Both the position numbers and the translations under genes were made by a program. Below the pieces are notes generated by a model. It searched no databases. It saw nothing but the letters and a program-made list of their open reading frames with translations, and was not told the DNA's origin. This document shows, in pieces, positions 9,401 to 19,359 of a DNA stretch of 64,000 bases. Source of the stretch: a virus; IMG/VR virus record IMGVR_UViG_3300046684_000205, positions 29,479 to 93,478 of that record. The stretch is one strand, 5' to 3'. Within the stretch, counting starts at the first letter, position 1; every line of letters begins with the position of its first letter.

Positions 9401-10111
9401 TTGGACATGCAAGAACAACAAGAACTGCGCCCGCTGGCCTTCGTCATCGCCGATACCGAGACCACTGGCCTGACTGGCCCCGCCTGCGAGATCGCGCTGC
9501 GCGAGATCGATCCGGACACGCTGGAGACCATCCGCGAGATCCAGTCGCTGATCGACCCGGAGTGCGACATCGAGCCGAGGGCCCAGGAAATACATGGCAT
9601 CTCGAAAGAGATGGTCGCCGACGCGCCGACGCTGGACGAATTCCTGACGATGCCCGGCTACCTCGACGACGCCTTCGAAGGTCGTGACATCGTCATCATC
9701 GCCCACAACGCCCAGTTCGACGTCAAGCGCCTGCACCGGATCGGCAACATCGTCTCGTCCATCTGCACCGTGTTCCATTCGCGCCAGCTGGTCGGCACCG
9801 AGGTGCCCAATCACCAGCTGGGCACGCTGCGCGAGCACTTCGGTTTCCCGGTCAACGAGGCGCACCGCGCCATGGCCGACGTGGCGACCACGCATCGCCT
9901 GCTGCGCGAACTGATGGGCCGCGCCGGCCGCCGCACCTTGCGCGACTTCTACGAGACCCAGGAGACGACGGTGCATCGCTGGCCGTTCGGCAAGCACAAG
10001 GGCATGCTGCTGATGGAGACGCCCAAGGAATACCTCCAGTGGTTCAAGAAGCAGGACTGCGATGCGAGTTTGAAGAAGAGCATCGAGAAAGCGCTGAAGG
10101 CGATGAAATGA
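9401..10111 (+). CDS. DEDDh 3'-5' exonuclease (ExoX/epsilon-like)
   Basis: ADTETTG, AHNAQFD, HRAMAD; C-terminal PFGKHKG...YLQW module. Confidence 0.88.
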   Translation: MDMQEQQELRPLAFVIADTETTGLTGPACEIALREIDPDTLETIREIQSLIDPECDIEPRAQEIHGISKEMVADAPTLDEFLTMPGYLDDAFEGRDIVIIAHNAQFDVKRLHRIGNIVSSICTVFHSRQLVGTEVPNHQLGTLREHFGFPVNEAHRAMADVATTHRLLRELMGRAGRRTLRDFYETQETTVHRWPFGKHKGMLLMETPKEYLQWFKKQDCDASLKKSIEKALKAMK

Positions 10112-10302
10112 CCCGCAAAATTATCCCTGTGACGCCGGACAGCGCCGGCCGCATCGTGGCCAGGGCGCCAGTGCTGCGTGTGTTCGATACCAACGGTGCT
10201 GGCGAGCTGCTGGAATTGGTCAGCTTCATGAACCTCAGCACCCATGAGGTCGTTCTGCAGCATCAGCCGGCCAGCCAGGTCTACGTCGAAATCGAAGAAT
10301 AA
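10108..10302 (+). CDS. hypothetical protein
   Basis: ATGA overlap. Confidence 0.55.
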   Translation: MTRKIIPVTPDSAGRIVARAPVLRVFDTNGAGELLELVSFMNLSTHEVVLQHQPASQVYVEIEE

Positions 10303-10325
10303 TTACCTACTCACGAAAGAACACC

Positions 10326-10901
10326 ATGAACTTCGCAGAATATCCGGCCCTCGCGGCCCGCACTGAAAAAGAACTGCCAACCAGCTTCCTGCGCATCGAG
10401 CACGCGTCGCTTGGCCTCATCACCGAGATTGGCGAGATCGGCACTCTCGTCAAGCGCATCGCCATCTACGGCAAGTCGCTGGACAGCGTCATGGACAAGG
10501 GCGAGGATAGTGGCAAGTCGTACCGTCAGCTGCTCGGCGAGGAGATCGGTGACGTGCTCTGGTACCTGCCGATCATCACCAGCGAACTCGACGCGAACTA
10601 CGTGTTCGAGGATGTACGCCTGACAGCCCGTACCGGCTTGCCGCTGACCAACCTGACCCGTCGTCTGTCGATCGCTGCAGGTCGCGTCGCCGATTACGTC
10701 GAGAGCGAGGCCATGCATATGCTACAGGACGTCAACCTGGTCGACGAGGTGTGCGCCATCCTGCATTATCTGGTCGACCTCGCAGGCCTGGCCGGCCTCG
10801 ACATCGTCCAACTCGCCGCTGACAACATCGCCAAGCTGCGCAAACGCTACCCGGAAGCCTACAGCGACCTGGCGGCTGAAGAGCGCGCCGACAAGGCTTG
10901 A
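10326..10901 (+). CDS. MazG-like nucleotide pyrophosphohydrolase
   Basis: GLITEIGE, EEIGDVLWY, NIAKLRKRYP. Confidence 0.85.
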   Translation: MNFAEYPALAARTEKELPTSFLRIEHASLGLITEIGEIGTLVKRIAIYGKSLDSVMDKGEDSGKSYRQLLGEEIGDVLWYLPIITSELDANYVFEDVRLTARTGLPLTNLTRRLSIAAGRVADYVESEAMHMLQDVNLVDEVCAILHYLVDLAGLAGLDIVQLAADNIAKLRKRYPEAYSDLAAEERADKA

Positions 10902-10903
10902 CC

Positions 10904-11962
10904 ATGACCTCCCACCTGATCAGCGCCGCGGCGCAGATCCGGTCCCTCTCGAAAGCGGTTTCGGCCGCTTTTCTCGCGTCTCCACTGTCCGAAGAGGAGC
11001 GCAATCCGGGCCGGATCGAGCTGACGGACCTTGCCTGGATGGCGCCGCCGATCGCCTGCCGCGAGACGATCGGCCAGGTACCGCTGGCCGACTATCTGAG
11101 CGTGCCGATGCCGATCGAGCAGGGCGCGCTGTATCGCTTCTGGGTCAAGACGCTGTACGACCTCTGGAATCGGCCCAGCGCCACGATGCGGCGCGGCGCG
11201 TTCGCCAACTGCGGCTGGGCCTTCCCCAAGGTCAAGGTCGGCCAGCGCGCCTTCCTGTTCTCCACGCCTGTCGGCTACCCGTCGCAGCTGGACCCGACGG
11301 CCGGCATCATGTTCTCGATCGAGGTGGCGTCGGCTGCCGCTGCTTCACTGCCGGTTGTGGACCTGGTCAGCGACGATGACAACTATTACGTCATCCTGCC
11401 CGACGAGACGGTCATCGGCGTGAAGAACGGACGGCCGGCGTGCGAGTCGCCCTGGACCGAGCGCATGCCCGGCATGGTGCAGGAGCTGGCCTCCAGTAGC
11501 CGCGGCGAGGCCGACTACAGCTGCCGCTTCGACCAACTTGCGATGCTGCGTTCGGTGCTGCACGTGCATCGCCGGCGATTCGAGGAGTTCCAGGGGCTGG
11601 ACTACGCCTTGCAGGCGCTGCGCCTCCTGTCACTGGGCGGCCACTGCCCTGACCTGATCTCGCAGCTGCGCCTGCTGCCGCAGGACCTGGGCCAGCTGCG
11701 CCGGCACGAGCAGGTGCTGCGCGACTGCATCGAGATCGTGGGCGACGCGTCGATGTCGGACCGCAGCAAGCTGCAGATCTGGCAGAACCTGCTGGTGCCG
11801 GAGGTACTCACGCCAGCCAAGTTCCGGCAGCACATCTTCTCCGGCGGCCAGTTTCCGTTCGCGCTGGCCCAGGCCAAGCTCGAGTCGATTCACGCCTGGT
11901 TCGATGAGCAGTACCGCGCGCTGCCGGCCAACCTGCAGAGGGAGGGCATATGCAGAGCGTGA
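10904..11962 (+). CDS. hypothetical protein (~352 aa)
   Basis: long ORF in operon; no motif recognised. Confidence 0.7.
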   Translation: MTSHLISAAAQIRSLSKAVSAAFLASPLSEEERNPGRIELTDLAWMAPPIACRETIGQVPLADYLSVPMPIEQGALYRFWVKTLYDLWNRPSATMRRGAFANCGWAFPKVKVGQRAFLFSTPVGYPSQLDPTAGIMFSIEVASAAAASLPVVDLVSDDDNYYVILPDETVIGVKNGRPACESPWTERMPGMVQELASSSRGEADYSCRFDQLAMLRSVLHVHRRRFEEFQGLDYALQALRLLSLGGHCPDLISQLRLLPQDLGQLRRHEQVLRDCIEIVGDASMSDRSKLQIWQNLLVPEVLTPAKFRQHIFSGGQFPFALAQAKLESIHAWFDEQYRALPANLQREGICRA

Positions 11963-12174
11963 GGCAGTCCCTCATCGAGACGATGTGCAGCACCGCTGTG
12001 GCGTTCCTCCTTAGTGTGGCGCTGCAGCACTGCATCGTCAACCCGCTCTGGCATCTGCACAGCTCGCCGCTGGACAGCCTGGGCATCACCGTCTTCTTCA
12101 CCGTCGTTTCGCTGGTTCGAAGCTTTTACTTCCGCCGGTTCTTCAACTGGCTCCACAACAGGGATAAATCATGA
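11950..12174 (+). CDS. small two-TM membrane protein
   Basis: two hydrophobic segments; RSFYFRRFFN ending common in phage nucleotide-metabolism clusters. Confidence 0.7.
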   Translation: MQSVRQSLIETMCSTAVAFLLSVALQHCIVNPLWHLHSSPLDSLGITVFFTVVSLVRSFYFRRFFNWLHNRDKS

Positions 12175-12710
12175 TTTTAGTAGGGATCACCGGCAAGGCT
12201 GGCGCCGGCAAGGACACGATTGCCGATTACCTCGTGCGCGAGCATGGTTTCACGAAGCTGTCGTTCGCTGGCCCGCTCAAGGCGATGCTGGCGGCCGCCG
12301 GTATGCCGGAACCGGCTGACCGCGCTGTCAAGGAGCTGCCGGTCGAGGGCTTCGACTTCACCTGGCGCGAAGCGGCGCAGAAGCTGGGCACCGAGTGGGG
12401 TCGCGGTCTGGATCCGGACATCTGGGCCAAGGTTGTGGAGCAGCAGATCGAGACACTGGCTGGCGAGTGGCGCCCAAGTCTTTCGCGCTTCGTTCTGTCG
12501 GACGTGCGCTTCGAGAACGAAGCGGCGATGATCCGCCGGCTGGGTGGCAAGGTGTTGCACGTGACCGGCCGCGCCGTCGAGCTGGGCGCTAACGCCGGGC
12601 ATGCGTCGGAAGCTGGTGTTGCCTTCGCTGGTGGTGACATCGAGATCAACAACAGCGGCGACCTCGCTGAGACTCTGACCGACGTGCGTTATGCGCTGTG
12701 GGGTGCTTGA
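12171..12710 (+). CDS. deoxynucleoside monophosphate kinase
   Basis: GKAGAGKDT, FAGPLK, QKLGTEWGR, SDVRFENE, HASE. Confidence 0.9.
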   Translation: MILVGITGKAGAGKDTIADYLVREHGFTKLSFAGPLKAMLAAAGMPEPADRAVKELPVEGFDFTWREAAQKLGTEWGRGLDPDIWAKVVEQQIETLAGEWRPSLSRFVLSDVRFENEAAMIRRLGGKVLHVTGRAVELGANAGHASEAGVAFAGGDIEINNSGDLAETLTDVRYALWGA

Positions 12711-12946
12711 TGAGCGAGCGCAGCGACGAACTCGAGGTGGCCGAGGAGTACCGGGAACAAGCTGTCGTCGACAGGCTGGCGCGAGTACGGCTAGAGCTGG
12801 CCCAGAGCCACCCGGACTTCGACGGTGAGCACTGCATCGGCTGCGGCGACGGGCTGCCGCCGGTGCGCATCGCCTACAAATTCGTGCGCTGCACGAATTG
12901 CCAATGCGAGGTCGAGCGGCTGGCGAAGATGCGGAGGCAGGCATGA
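12710..12946 (+). CDS. TraR/DksA C4 zinc-finger protein
   Basis: acidic N-terminal helix (SDELEVA), CIGC...CTNCQ. Confidence 0.8.
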   Translation: MSERSDELEVAEEYREQAVVDRLARVRLELAQSHPDFDGEHCIGCGDGLPPVRIAYKFVRCTNCQCEVERLAKMRRQA

Positions 12947-13098
12947 GCGCGTTTGGCTGGTGTGTCGGCGCTGCCGTGGTTCAGGGTGTGCTGGCGCTCG
13001 TTCAGCTTCATCGCAGGAAGCTGGAGGCCAGCCGTCACAGCGAGACGTTGGCCGTTATTTGGGTGGTCGGTGCCATGATTACCTGGAGGCTGCCATGA
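12943..13098 (+). CDS. small membrane protein
   Basis: GGAGG RBS, ATGA overlap, hydrophobic. Confidence 0.55.
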   Translation: MSAFGWCVGAAVVQGVLALVQLHRRKLEASRHSETLAVIWVVGAMITWRLP

Positions 13099-13256
13099 AG
13101 TGGGCGCTCTTTGCAGCGGTGATGGCTGTGGCCGCCTTTCACTTCTGGATCGCTCGCAAGGCTGCCCGCGAAGGCGCTTGGGAGTGGTGCCGACAATTCA
13201 CGCTGTTGGGCCACATCCTGCTGGTGATGGCCACCGTAATCGGAGGGTATAAATGA
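13095..13256 (+). CDS. small membrane protein
   Basis: GGAGG RBS, ATGA overlaps, two hydrophobic segments. Confidence 0.55.
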   Translation: MKWALFAAVMAVAAFHFWIARKAAREGAWEWCRQFTLLGHILLVMATVIGGYK

Positions 13257-16200
13257 AAAAACATCGCCGCCTTGCCTTCGACATGTCGTCCTTCATGTGG
13301 ACGATGATGAGCTGGGGCAAGGACAAAGAAAACGGCTTTGAAGTCGAGCACGAAGGCAAGGTCGTCTACATCAACAGCGCCCTGTATGGCTACGACAACA
13401 CGCTGGGCCGCATGCTCGACGTGATGAAGCAGTACAAGGCAAACCCGATCGACGTGATCCTGGTGTTCGAAGGCCAGAACAGTAAGGGCAAGCGCCTGCT
13501 GATCGACAACCAGTACAAGGGTGGCGGCGAAAGCAGCCGGCCGCCGCAGGCGTACGCGCAGTTCGAGAAGCTGCGCGAAATGCTCAAGACGACCTTTCGC
13601 GAACTCGGCGCCCAGCTGATGTGGCAGGACTTCGCCGAGGGCGACGACACGCTGGCCTGGCTGGCCCACAACACCGAGGACGACCTGATCGTCGCCACGT
13701 TTGACAACGACCTGACGGCGCTCAATTTGCATCCGAACGCCTACGGCGCGCGCGTCTCGACGTGGATCAACGAGATGTTCGAATACAACAAGTACGGCGT
13801 GTTCGACTATCACCTGGTCACTACCTACAAGGCGCTGGTCGGCGACAAGTCGGACAACATCAAGGGTTGCCCAGGCTTCGGCGAAAAGGCGTTCGAAAAG
13901 CTGTGCGAGAAATACGGCTACGACGGCTTGCAGCAGCTGCACGATATGCTGCTCAGGAGCGATCTGTCGCCGCTGGCTGACTTCATTTCAGGTCCGGAAG
14001 ACAAGCTCCTGCAGCTGATCCTCGACAACGCGCCGCAGGTGATCCGCTGCTTCGATCTGGCGCGCCTGCGCCCTGAGTGGGTCAACACCATGCGCCAACC
14101 GTTGCAGTGGGAGGCCGGCATGGTGCGCCAGCTGGCGCCCACCGACCACGACCCGCGCCTCAAGTCCTGGTACGGTCGCACGCGGCTGATCACCGGAGCC
14201 GTGTTCGAGCAGGCCATCGCCTGGGCCATGCCATACATCCTGGCGTCACACGAGATTTCGCTCGACATCGAGACCGCGACGCCGGACGAGTCGGACGGGT
14301 GGCTGGCCGCGCTGGGCGATCCGGACGGTGTCGACGTCTTCGGATCCTTCCTGGTTGGCCTGTCGATCACCTTCGGCCCGAACAACCAGTACAGCCTGTA
14401 CTTCTCGGTGCGCCACGCCGACACCGACAACGTCGACAGCGAGCTGCTGCGCCAGTTCATCGCCTCGATCTCGCAGGAGATCCCGCTGATCATCCAGAAC
14501 ACCTCGTTCGAGCTGACCGTGCTCTTCAACGAGTGGGGCGCGCGCCAGATGGACAACGGCTACCACGGCTTCCTGCCCAACGTGCTGGACACGAAGTTCG
14601 AGGCCAACTATGTCAACGAGAACATCCCGGTCGGCCTGAAGGAGCGGTCGCACGGCACCTTGGGCTACCGCCAGCAAACCTACAAGGAGACGTGCGAGAT
14701 CACGGCGCCGGTGGACCAGCTGTTCCCGGGCGGGCGCCTGGTGCGCGAGGACTACGTCTACGAGACGATCGGCACCGGCAAGTTCGAGCCGCTGACCGAC
14801 GAGGAGATCGCCGCCGGCGTCCAGCCGATGGAGATCACGAAGACGCAGCTGGTGGAAGGTGAAGACGGCCTGCCGGTCGTGGCCACCCAGACGCGCCGCT
14901 ACAAGATGAACGAGCTGCCGGCGGCGCACGTGCTTGGCTACGGCGCCGACGACACGATCTGCACGATTGCCCTGCACAACCACTACAAGCTGTTCATGCA
15001 GCTGGAGCATAGCTGGCAGACCTACCTGCAGGTGGAGATCCGCGCGGCCTATCAACACGCAAAGAACTTCATCGACGGTACCGAGATCTCGGTGGCGCGC
15101 TGCAAGGAGCTTGAGCGCGAGGACGACGCCACCTACGACGCCGCCTGGGCGACGGTGCGTCAGTACCTGATCGAGCAGGGCTGGGCCGGCACCACGCCGC
15201 CGTCGTACACGGTCGACATCACGCCGGCGCAGATCAAGGAGGCCTACACCATCGTGACTGGCGAAGTGCTGGACACGAGGATGAGGACGCCATCGAAGAT
15301 CGTGAAGTTTATCGAGTCGACAACCGAGCACTTGCAGTTTGCGCGGATGCTGGCCACGCTGATCGAGGCGAAGGCTGCCGGGGAGGAGGCATCGGAGATC
15401 GCTGGCCGCATGTTCTCGAAGTGGGTGTGCAGCTACTTCAAGGGTGAGCCGCAGTTCAACAAGGGTTCGCCGATCCAGATGCAGCGCCTGATGTACGAGG
15501 TGATGGGTCTGCCGATCCGCGTGCGCAACGCGCCGACCGAGGCGATGAAGAAGGCCGGCATCCGCGAGGGCTCGCCGAAGACCGACCTGCTGGCGGTGGC
15601 CTACGCCCTGCAGGAGTGCGGCCCGGAAGAGAAGCCGGTGCTGGAAGCCCTGAAGCTGATGGGCATGGTCACCACGCGCCGCTCGCTCTACTACTCGAAG
15701 TATCCGTACTTCACCCACTGGAAGGACGGCCGCGTGCGCTCCCAGCACAACCAGTGCTCGACCGTGACGCGCCGCGCCAGCGAATCGAAGCCTAACAAGC
15801 AGCAGCTGCCCAAGCATCAGAAGATCGAAGGGCAGGAGGCCAAGTTTCGTGAGGTGATCGTGCCGCACAAGCCCGGCGCCGTGATCGTCTCCATGGACTT
15901 CGACTCGCAGGAGATGGTCCTGATCGCATTCCAGTCGCAGGACCCGAACGCGCTGTCCTGCTTCCAGGGCGAGAAGCGCAAGTCGCCGCACACCATCACC
16001 GCACTGGGTATCGTCCGCGAGGAGCAGAAGCTGGACTGGTCCTACGAGGATTACGAGGCGGCGCTGGACAAGGCGATGGGCCCTGAGCTGGCCGAGTTGG
16101 CCAAGGAAACCCGCAAGCTGGGCAAGAAGGTGAACTTCACGGCCGAATACGGCGCCATGGCCGAGAAGGTGGCCGCCACGCTGATGGTGTCGGTCGAGCG

Positions 16201-16780
16201 CGCCCAGATGTTCCTCGACGCGCGCGAGGCGATGTACCCGGTCGCCCAGCAGTGGAAGGAAGACATCAAGGCCGAGGTCAAGGAGTTCGGCGTGGTCCGT
16301 ACCCTGGGCGGCGGCGTGCGCCACCTTGCCGACCAGCTGCTCAATGGCACCAACTTCGAGAAGTCGAAAGCGGAGCGCCAGGCGGTCAACTTCAAGGTGC
16401 AGGGCCCGGCCGGCGAGCAGACCAAGCTTGCGGAAGGCCGGATGTGGGACGACAACCTGTTCTACGACTTCGACGCCGTCTGCTACGGCCCCATCCATGA
16501 TGAGGTAGTGGCATCCGTGATGATCGAGGACCTGCCGGCCTTCCTGCCGCGCATGCACCGCTGCATGACGGCGCCGTTCGCCACGATGGATCTGGAAGTC
16601 GTGTCGACCATCTCGTTCGGCCCGAACTTCTATCGCCAGACCGAGATCGGCGCTTACCCGACGCCTGAAGCTATCCGTGACGGTCTGCTCGAGATGCACC
16701 TCGGGATGATCGCCCGCGGCGAGACCACATGGGAGCAGTCGCGGATCGAAAATGAAGCCAAACTTTTGGAGGCAGCATGA
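13253..16780 (+). CDS. polA: family A DNA polymerase with fused 5'-3' nuclease and 3'-5' exonuclease domains
   Basis: EGDD and LVGDKSDNIKGCPGFGEK (5' nuclease); LDIET and YGADD (exo); DFDSQE, RKLGKKVNFTAEYG, IHDE (motifs A/B/C). Confidence 0.93.
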   Translation: MKKHRRLAFDMSSFMWTMMSWGKDKENGFEVEHEGKVVYINSALYGYDNTLGRMLDVMKQYKANPIDVILVFEGQNSKGKRLLIDNQYKGGGESSRPPQAYAQFEKLREMLKTTFRELGAQLMWQDFAEGDDTLAWLAHNTEDDLIVATFDNDLTALNLHPNAYGARVSTWINEMFEYNKYGVFDYHLVTTYKALVGDKSDNIKGCPGFGEKAFEKLCEKYGYDGLQQLHDMLLRSDLSPLADFISGPEDKLLQLILDNAPQVIRCFDLARLRPEWVNTMRQPLQWEAGMVRQLAPTDHDPRLKSWYGRTRLITGAVFEQAIAWAMPYILASHEISLDIETATPDESDGWLAALGDPDGVDVFGSFLVGLSITFGPNNQYSLYFSVRHADTDNVDSELLRQFIASISQEIPLIIQNTSFELTVLFNEWGARQMDNGYHGFLPNVLDTKFEANYVNENIPVGLKERSHGTLGYRQQTYKETCEITAPVDQLFPGGRLVREDYVYETIGTGKFEPLTDEEIAAGVQPMEITKTQLVEGEDGLPVVATQTRRYKMNELPAAHVLGYGADDTICTIALHNHYKLFMQLEHSWQTYLQVEIRAAYQHAKNFIDGTEISVARCKELEREDDATYDAAWATVRQYLIEQGWAGTTPPSYTVDITPAQIKEAYTIVTGEVLDTRMRTPSKIVKFIESTTEHLQFARMLATLIEAKAAGEEASEIAGRMFSKWVCSYFKGEPQFNKGSPIQMQRLMYEVMGLPIRVRNAPTEAMKKAGIREGSPKTDLLAVAYALQECGPEEKPVLEALKLMGMVTTRRSLYYSKYPYFTHWKDGRVRSQHNQCSTVTRRASESKPNKQQLPKHQKIEGQEAKFREVIVPHKPGAVIVSMDFDSQEMVLIAFQSQDPNALSCFQGEKRKSPHTITALGIVREEQKLDWSYEDYEAALDKAMGPELAELAKETRKLGKKVNFTAEYGAMAEKVAATLMVSVERAQMFLDAREAMYPVAQQWKEDIKAEVKEFGVVRTLGGGVRHLADQLLNGTNFEKSKAERQAVNFKVQGPAGEQTKLAEGRMWDDNLFYDFDAVCYGPIHDEVVASVMIEDLPAFLPRMHRCMTAPFATMDLEVVSTISFGPNFYRQTEIGAYPTPEAIRDGLLEMHLGMIARGETTWEQSRIENEAKLLEAA

Positions 16781-17061
16781 AAGCGCAGCTGAAGCGAAAC
16801 GAAATCTTTACCTTGACTGTGGGCGGCCTGACGCTCGCCAATCTGATGGCTGAATCGCACTGGGAAGGGCTCACCAAACTGGTGACGTCGGATGGGCAGA
16901 TCCTGATCGTATCCGGCCTGAAGAAGGGCGGCATCGGCGAAACCTTCGATGCCATCTTCGGCGACATCTTCGGGCGCGGTAACGACTCGGATGTGGTGAT
17001 CCACATGGCCTCACCCAAGCTGTCGCTGATGCTCAGGGAATCGATGAAGGAGACGGCATGA
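16777..17061 (+). CDS. hypothetical protein
   Basis: GGAGG RBS, ATGA overlaps. Confidence 0.65.
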   Translation: MKAQLKRNEIFTLTVGGLTLANLMAESHWEGLTKLVTSDGQILIVSGLKKGGIGETFDAIFGDIFGRGNDSDVVIHMASPKLSLMLRESMKETA

Positions 17062-17411
17062 GGGATACCGTCGCCGCCGCGGTCGCCCGCACCCTGGGCA
17101 TCTCGTCGAAGCTGATCTCGGGATGGTCGCTGGAGGCGCGGCAGGACGGCCGTCGAGGCGCGCCAGGCATGCTGACCACGCATCTGCAGGTCAAGGTCGA
17201 AGCTGACCGCGACACGTTATACCGGCTGCAGATAGGCCAGCACCGGGGCAGTTGGGCACTGAACAGTGTCTACGCCGATTCGGCCCGTCCGTTCGATGTT
17301 GCAGCGCGCCTCGACGTGGTCCTCCTGTACGGCAAGGAGACGCAGCACATTTTCAAGTCGCTGGCCCAGATGACGACCTACCGGCGCAACCAGAAAGGGA
17401 GAAGGCGATGA
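17058..17411 (+). CDS. hypothetical protein
   Basis: AGGAG RBS, ATGA overlaps. Confidence 0.65.
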   Translation: MRDTVAAAVARTLGISSKLISGWSLEARQDGRRGAPGMLTTHLQVKVEADRDTLYRLQIGQHRGSWALNSVYADSARPFDVAARLDVVLLYGKETQHIFKSLAQMTTYRRNQKGRRR

Positions 17412-17773
17412 ACAACGCCCTCATCCAGACCGGCCGCACCACGCGCACGATCGAGAAGGCGGTGCAGCTGGCGAGTGCTGGCCGTGCTGTCTATGTGCTG
17501 GTGTCGCAGCAGAGCCACATCAAGGGCATGGAGCACCGGATACAGGAGGTCTGGGACTACCTGTACGCCGGCCGCGGGCCGCACGGCATCAAGGTCGAAG
17601 GTCCGAAGAGCGGTACCGGCTTCGACTGGGATCGGCTGCGCGTGCCCGGCGCCCACCCGAACTGCGAGTTCCTGCTCGATCACGATCTGGTCGAGCGCCG
17701 CATCGAGGAACTGCACGACCAGATGGCCGACCTTGCGAAAGAGATCGGCCGCCTCTACCCGCTTACTGTATAA
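17408..17773 (+). CDS. hypothetical protein with degenerate P-loop-like N-terminus
   Basis: QTGRTT followed by a helix and the VYVLV strand. Confidence 0.6.
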   Translation: MNNALIQTGRTTRTIEKAVQLASAGRAVYVLVSQQSHIKGMEHRIQEVWDYLYAGRGPHGIKVEGPKSGTGFDWDRLRVPGAHPNCEFLLDHDLVERRIEELHDQMADLAKEIGRLYPLTV

Positions 17774-17821
17774 CCACCCAGCCCGGCCGCCGCGCCGGAC
17801 ATCAACCCGAGAAAGAAGAAG

Positions 17822-18034
17822 ATGAGCAAACCCAAAATCACCGTCACCATAAGCGGCCCGACCGGGTCCGGCAAGTCCACGCTGGCGCGGTATCTCGCGG
17901 CGGACCTGAAGATCCGCCACGGCGTCGACGTCAAGCTGATCGACGACCATCACGAGCAGCCACTGTCGACCTCGACCCACCACCTGCCGTACACTTTCGG
18001 CGCCGAAGTCACCATCGACGTGGAGCAAAAATAA
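17822..18034 (+). CDS. 70-aa P-loop mini-protein
   Basis: ISGPTGSGKST Walker A. Confidence 0.65.
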   Translation: MSKPKITVTISGPTGSGKSTLARYLAADLKIRHGVDVKLIDDHHEQPLSTSTHHLPYTFGAEVTIDVEQK

Positions 18035-19023
18035 TGACGACCCAGATCCTCCCGCAGCTCGCCGTCGATATCGATCCAGACTGCGCCACCGCCCGCTTCC
18101 CGCTCTGGGGCTTCGTCAAGGTCGACGGTGCCCGCGGCTGCCGCGTGACCGGCACCTTTACCGGCCGCTCGCTCAAACCCTTGGGTAACCTGGGCCTGAT
18201 CGAGAAGTTCGGCGGCCCGGCCTACGAAGGCTTCGACGGCGAGCTGACGATCAACGGCTACCTGCGCGACTGCGAGATCCCGGCCGAACTCTCCGCGCCG
18301 GACAAGCCCGGCGACGCGCCGAAGACGCTGTGTGGCCTGTCCACTGGCATCCTGGCGAAAAAGAAGATCGAAAAGGGTGAGACCGAATTCCCGACCAACC
18401 TGGTGTGGAACCTGTTCGACTATCTGCATCCGACGGTGATCGGCCTGTCATACCAGGAGCGCTACGAGGCGCTGCAGTATGTCGCGAGCGGCCTGCCGGA
18501 CGTGCACGTGCTGCCCTACGCCGTCATCAACAATCCCGAGGAGGCCCAGGCCTTCATCGACAAGTGTCTGCTCGAAGGGTACGAGGGCGCCATCTTCCGC
18601 GACCCGACTGCGCGCCACAAGCACGGCCGCGCCACCGCCAAGGGCAACGACTTCTGGCGCTTCAAGCCTGCCTCGCGCAAGGATTGCATCATCACCGGCT
18701 TCGAGGAAGCCATGCAGAACAACAACGAGGCCAAGACCAACGCGCTGGGCCGCACCGAACGCAGCACCGCCAAGGCTGGCCTGGTTGGCAAGGGCATGAT
18801 CGGCACTTTCCTCGCCACCGACGTCGCCACCGGCGAGCCGATCCGCTTGGGGCCGGGCAGCGCCACGCACCAGCAGCGCATCGACTGGTTCAACGACCCG
18901 ACCCAGATCTGCGGCTGGCCGGCCGAATACGTCTCGCTCGACACCGGCGTGAAGGACGCGCCGCGTCAGGCACGCTTCTTCCGCCGGCGCGAGAAGAACG
19001 ACCAGGCCGTGGAGGCAGCGTGA
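18034..19023 (+). CDS. ATP-dependent DNA ligase
   Basis: KVDGAR (I), FDGEL (III), FDYL (IIIa), EGAIFR (IV), RFKP (V). Confidence 0.9.
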   Translation: MTTQILPQLAVDIDPDCATARFPLWGFVKVDGARGCRVTGTFTGRSLKPLGNLGLIEKFGGPAYEGFDGELTINGYLRDCEIPAELSAPDKPGDAPKTLCGLSTGILAKKKIEKGETEFPTNLVWNLFDYLHPTVIGLSYQERYEALQYVASGLPDVHVLPYAVINNPEEAQAFIDKCLLEGYEGAIFRDPTARHKHGRATAKGNDFWRFKPASRKDCIITGFEEAMQNNNEAKTNALGRTERSTAKAGLVGKGMIGTFLATDVATGEPIRLGPGSATHQQRIDWFNDPTQICGWPAEYVSLDTGVKDAPRQARFFRRREKNDQAVEAA

Positions 19024-19358
19024 ACGCTCCGCTCTCGCACATCCAACCTGGCGACAAGGTGCTGGTCAACTGCGACAACTGGTTCGTCGGGCCGGATGGT
19101 CGCGAGTACCGGGCCGCCTTCGGCACGGTGCGCGCGGTGCGCACCTCTGAGGAGTCGCTCGGCGTGCGCACCAATGCGCGCAGCACGAACTGGTACCTCG
19201 AGGTCGGTAACATGACGATTGCTGGCTGCCAGATCCATTACATCGTGAAGACGCAGACCTGCCACCTGGGCCCGGCGCCCGCCTGGACCACGCACGAGGG
19301 TCGGTCGGTAATCGATACGGCGCCGTCGAAAATCTACAACGCAGACACGAAAGACTGA
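19020..19358 (+). CDS. hypothetical protein
   Basis: GTGA overlap, GGAGG RBS. Confidence 0.65.
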   Translation: MNAPLSHIQPGDKVLVNCDNWFVGPDGREYRAAFGTVRAVRTSEESLGVRTNARSTNWYLEVGNMTIAGCQIHYIVKTQTCHLGPAPAWTTHEGRSVIDTAPSKIYNADTKD

Positions 19359-19359
19359 A

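Noticed and set aside
14690-14900. Intein in the DNA polymerase
   Set aside because: No His-Asn/Cys-Ser-Thr junction or LAGLIDADG motif, and too short.
3603-16699. Long antisense ORFs (3603-5231, 6695-8425, 14246-16699)
   Set aside because: They mirror motif-bearing + strand genes; shadow ORFs expected from high-GC codon bias.
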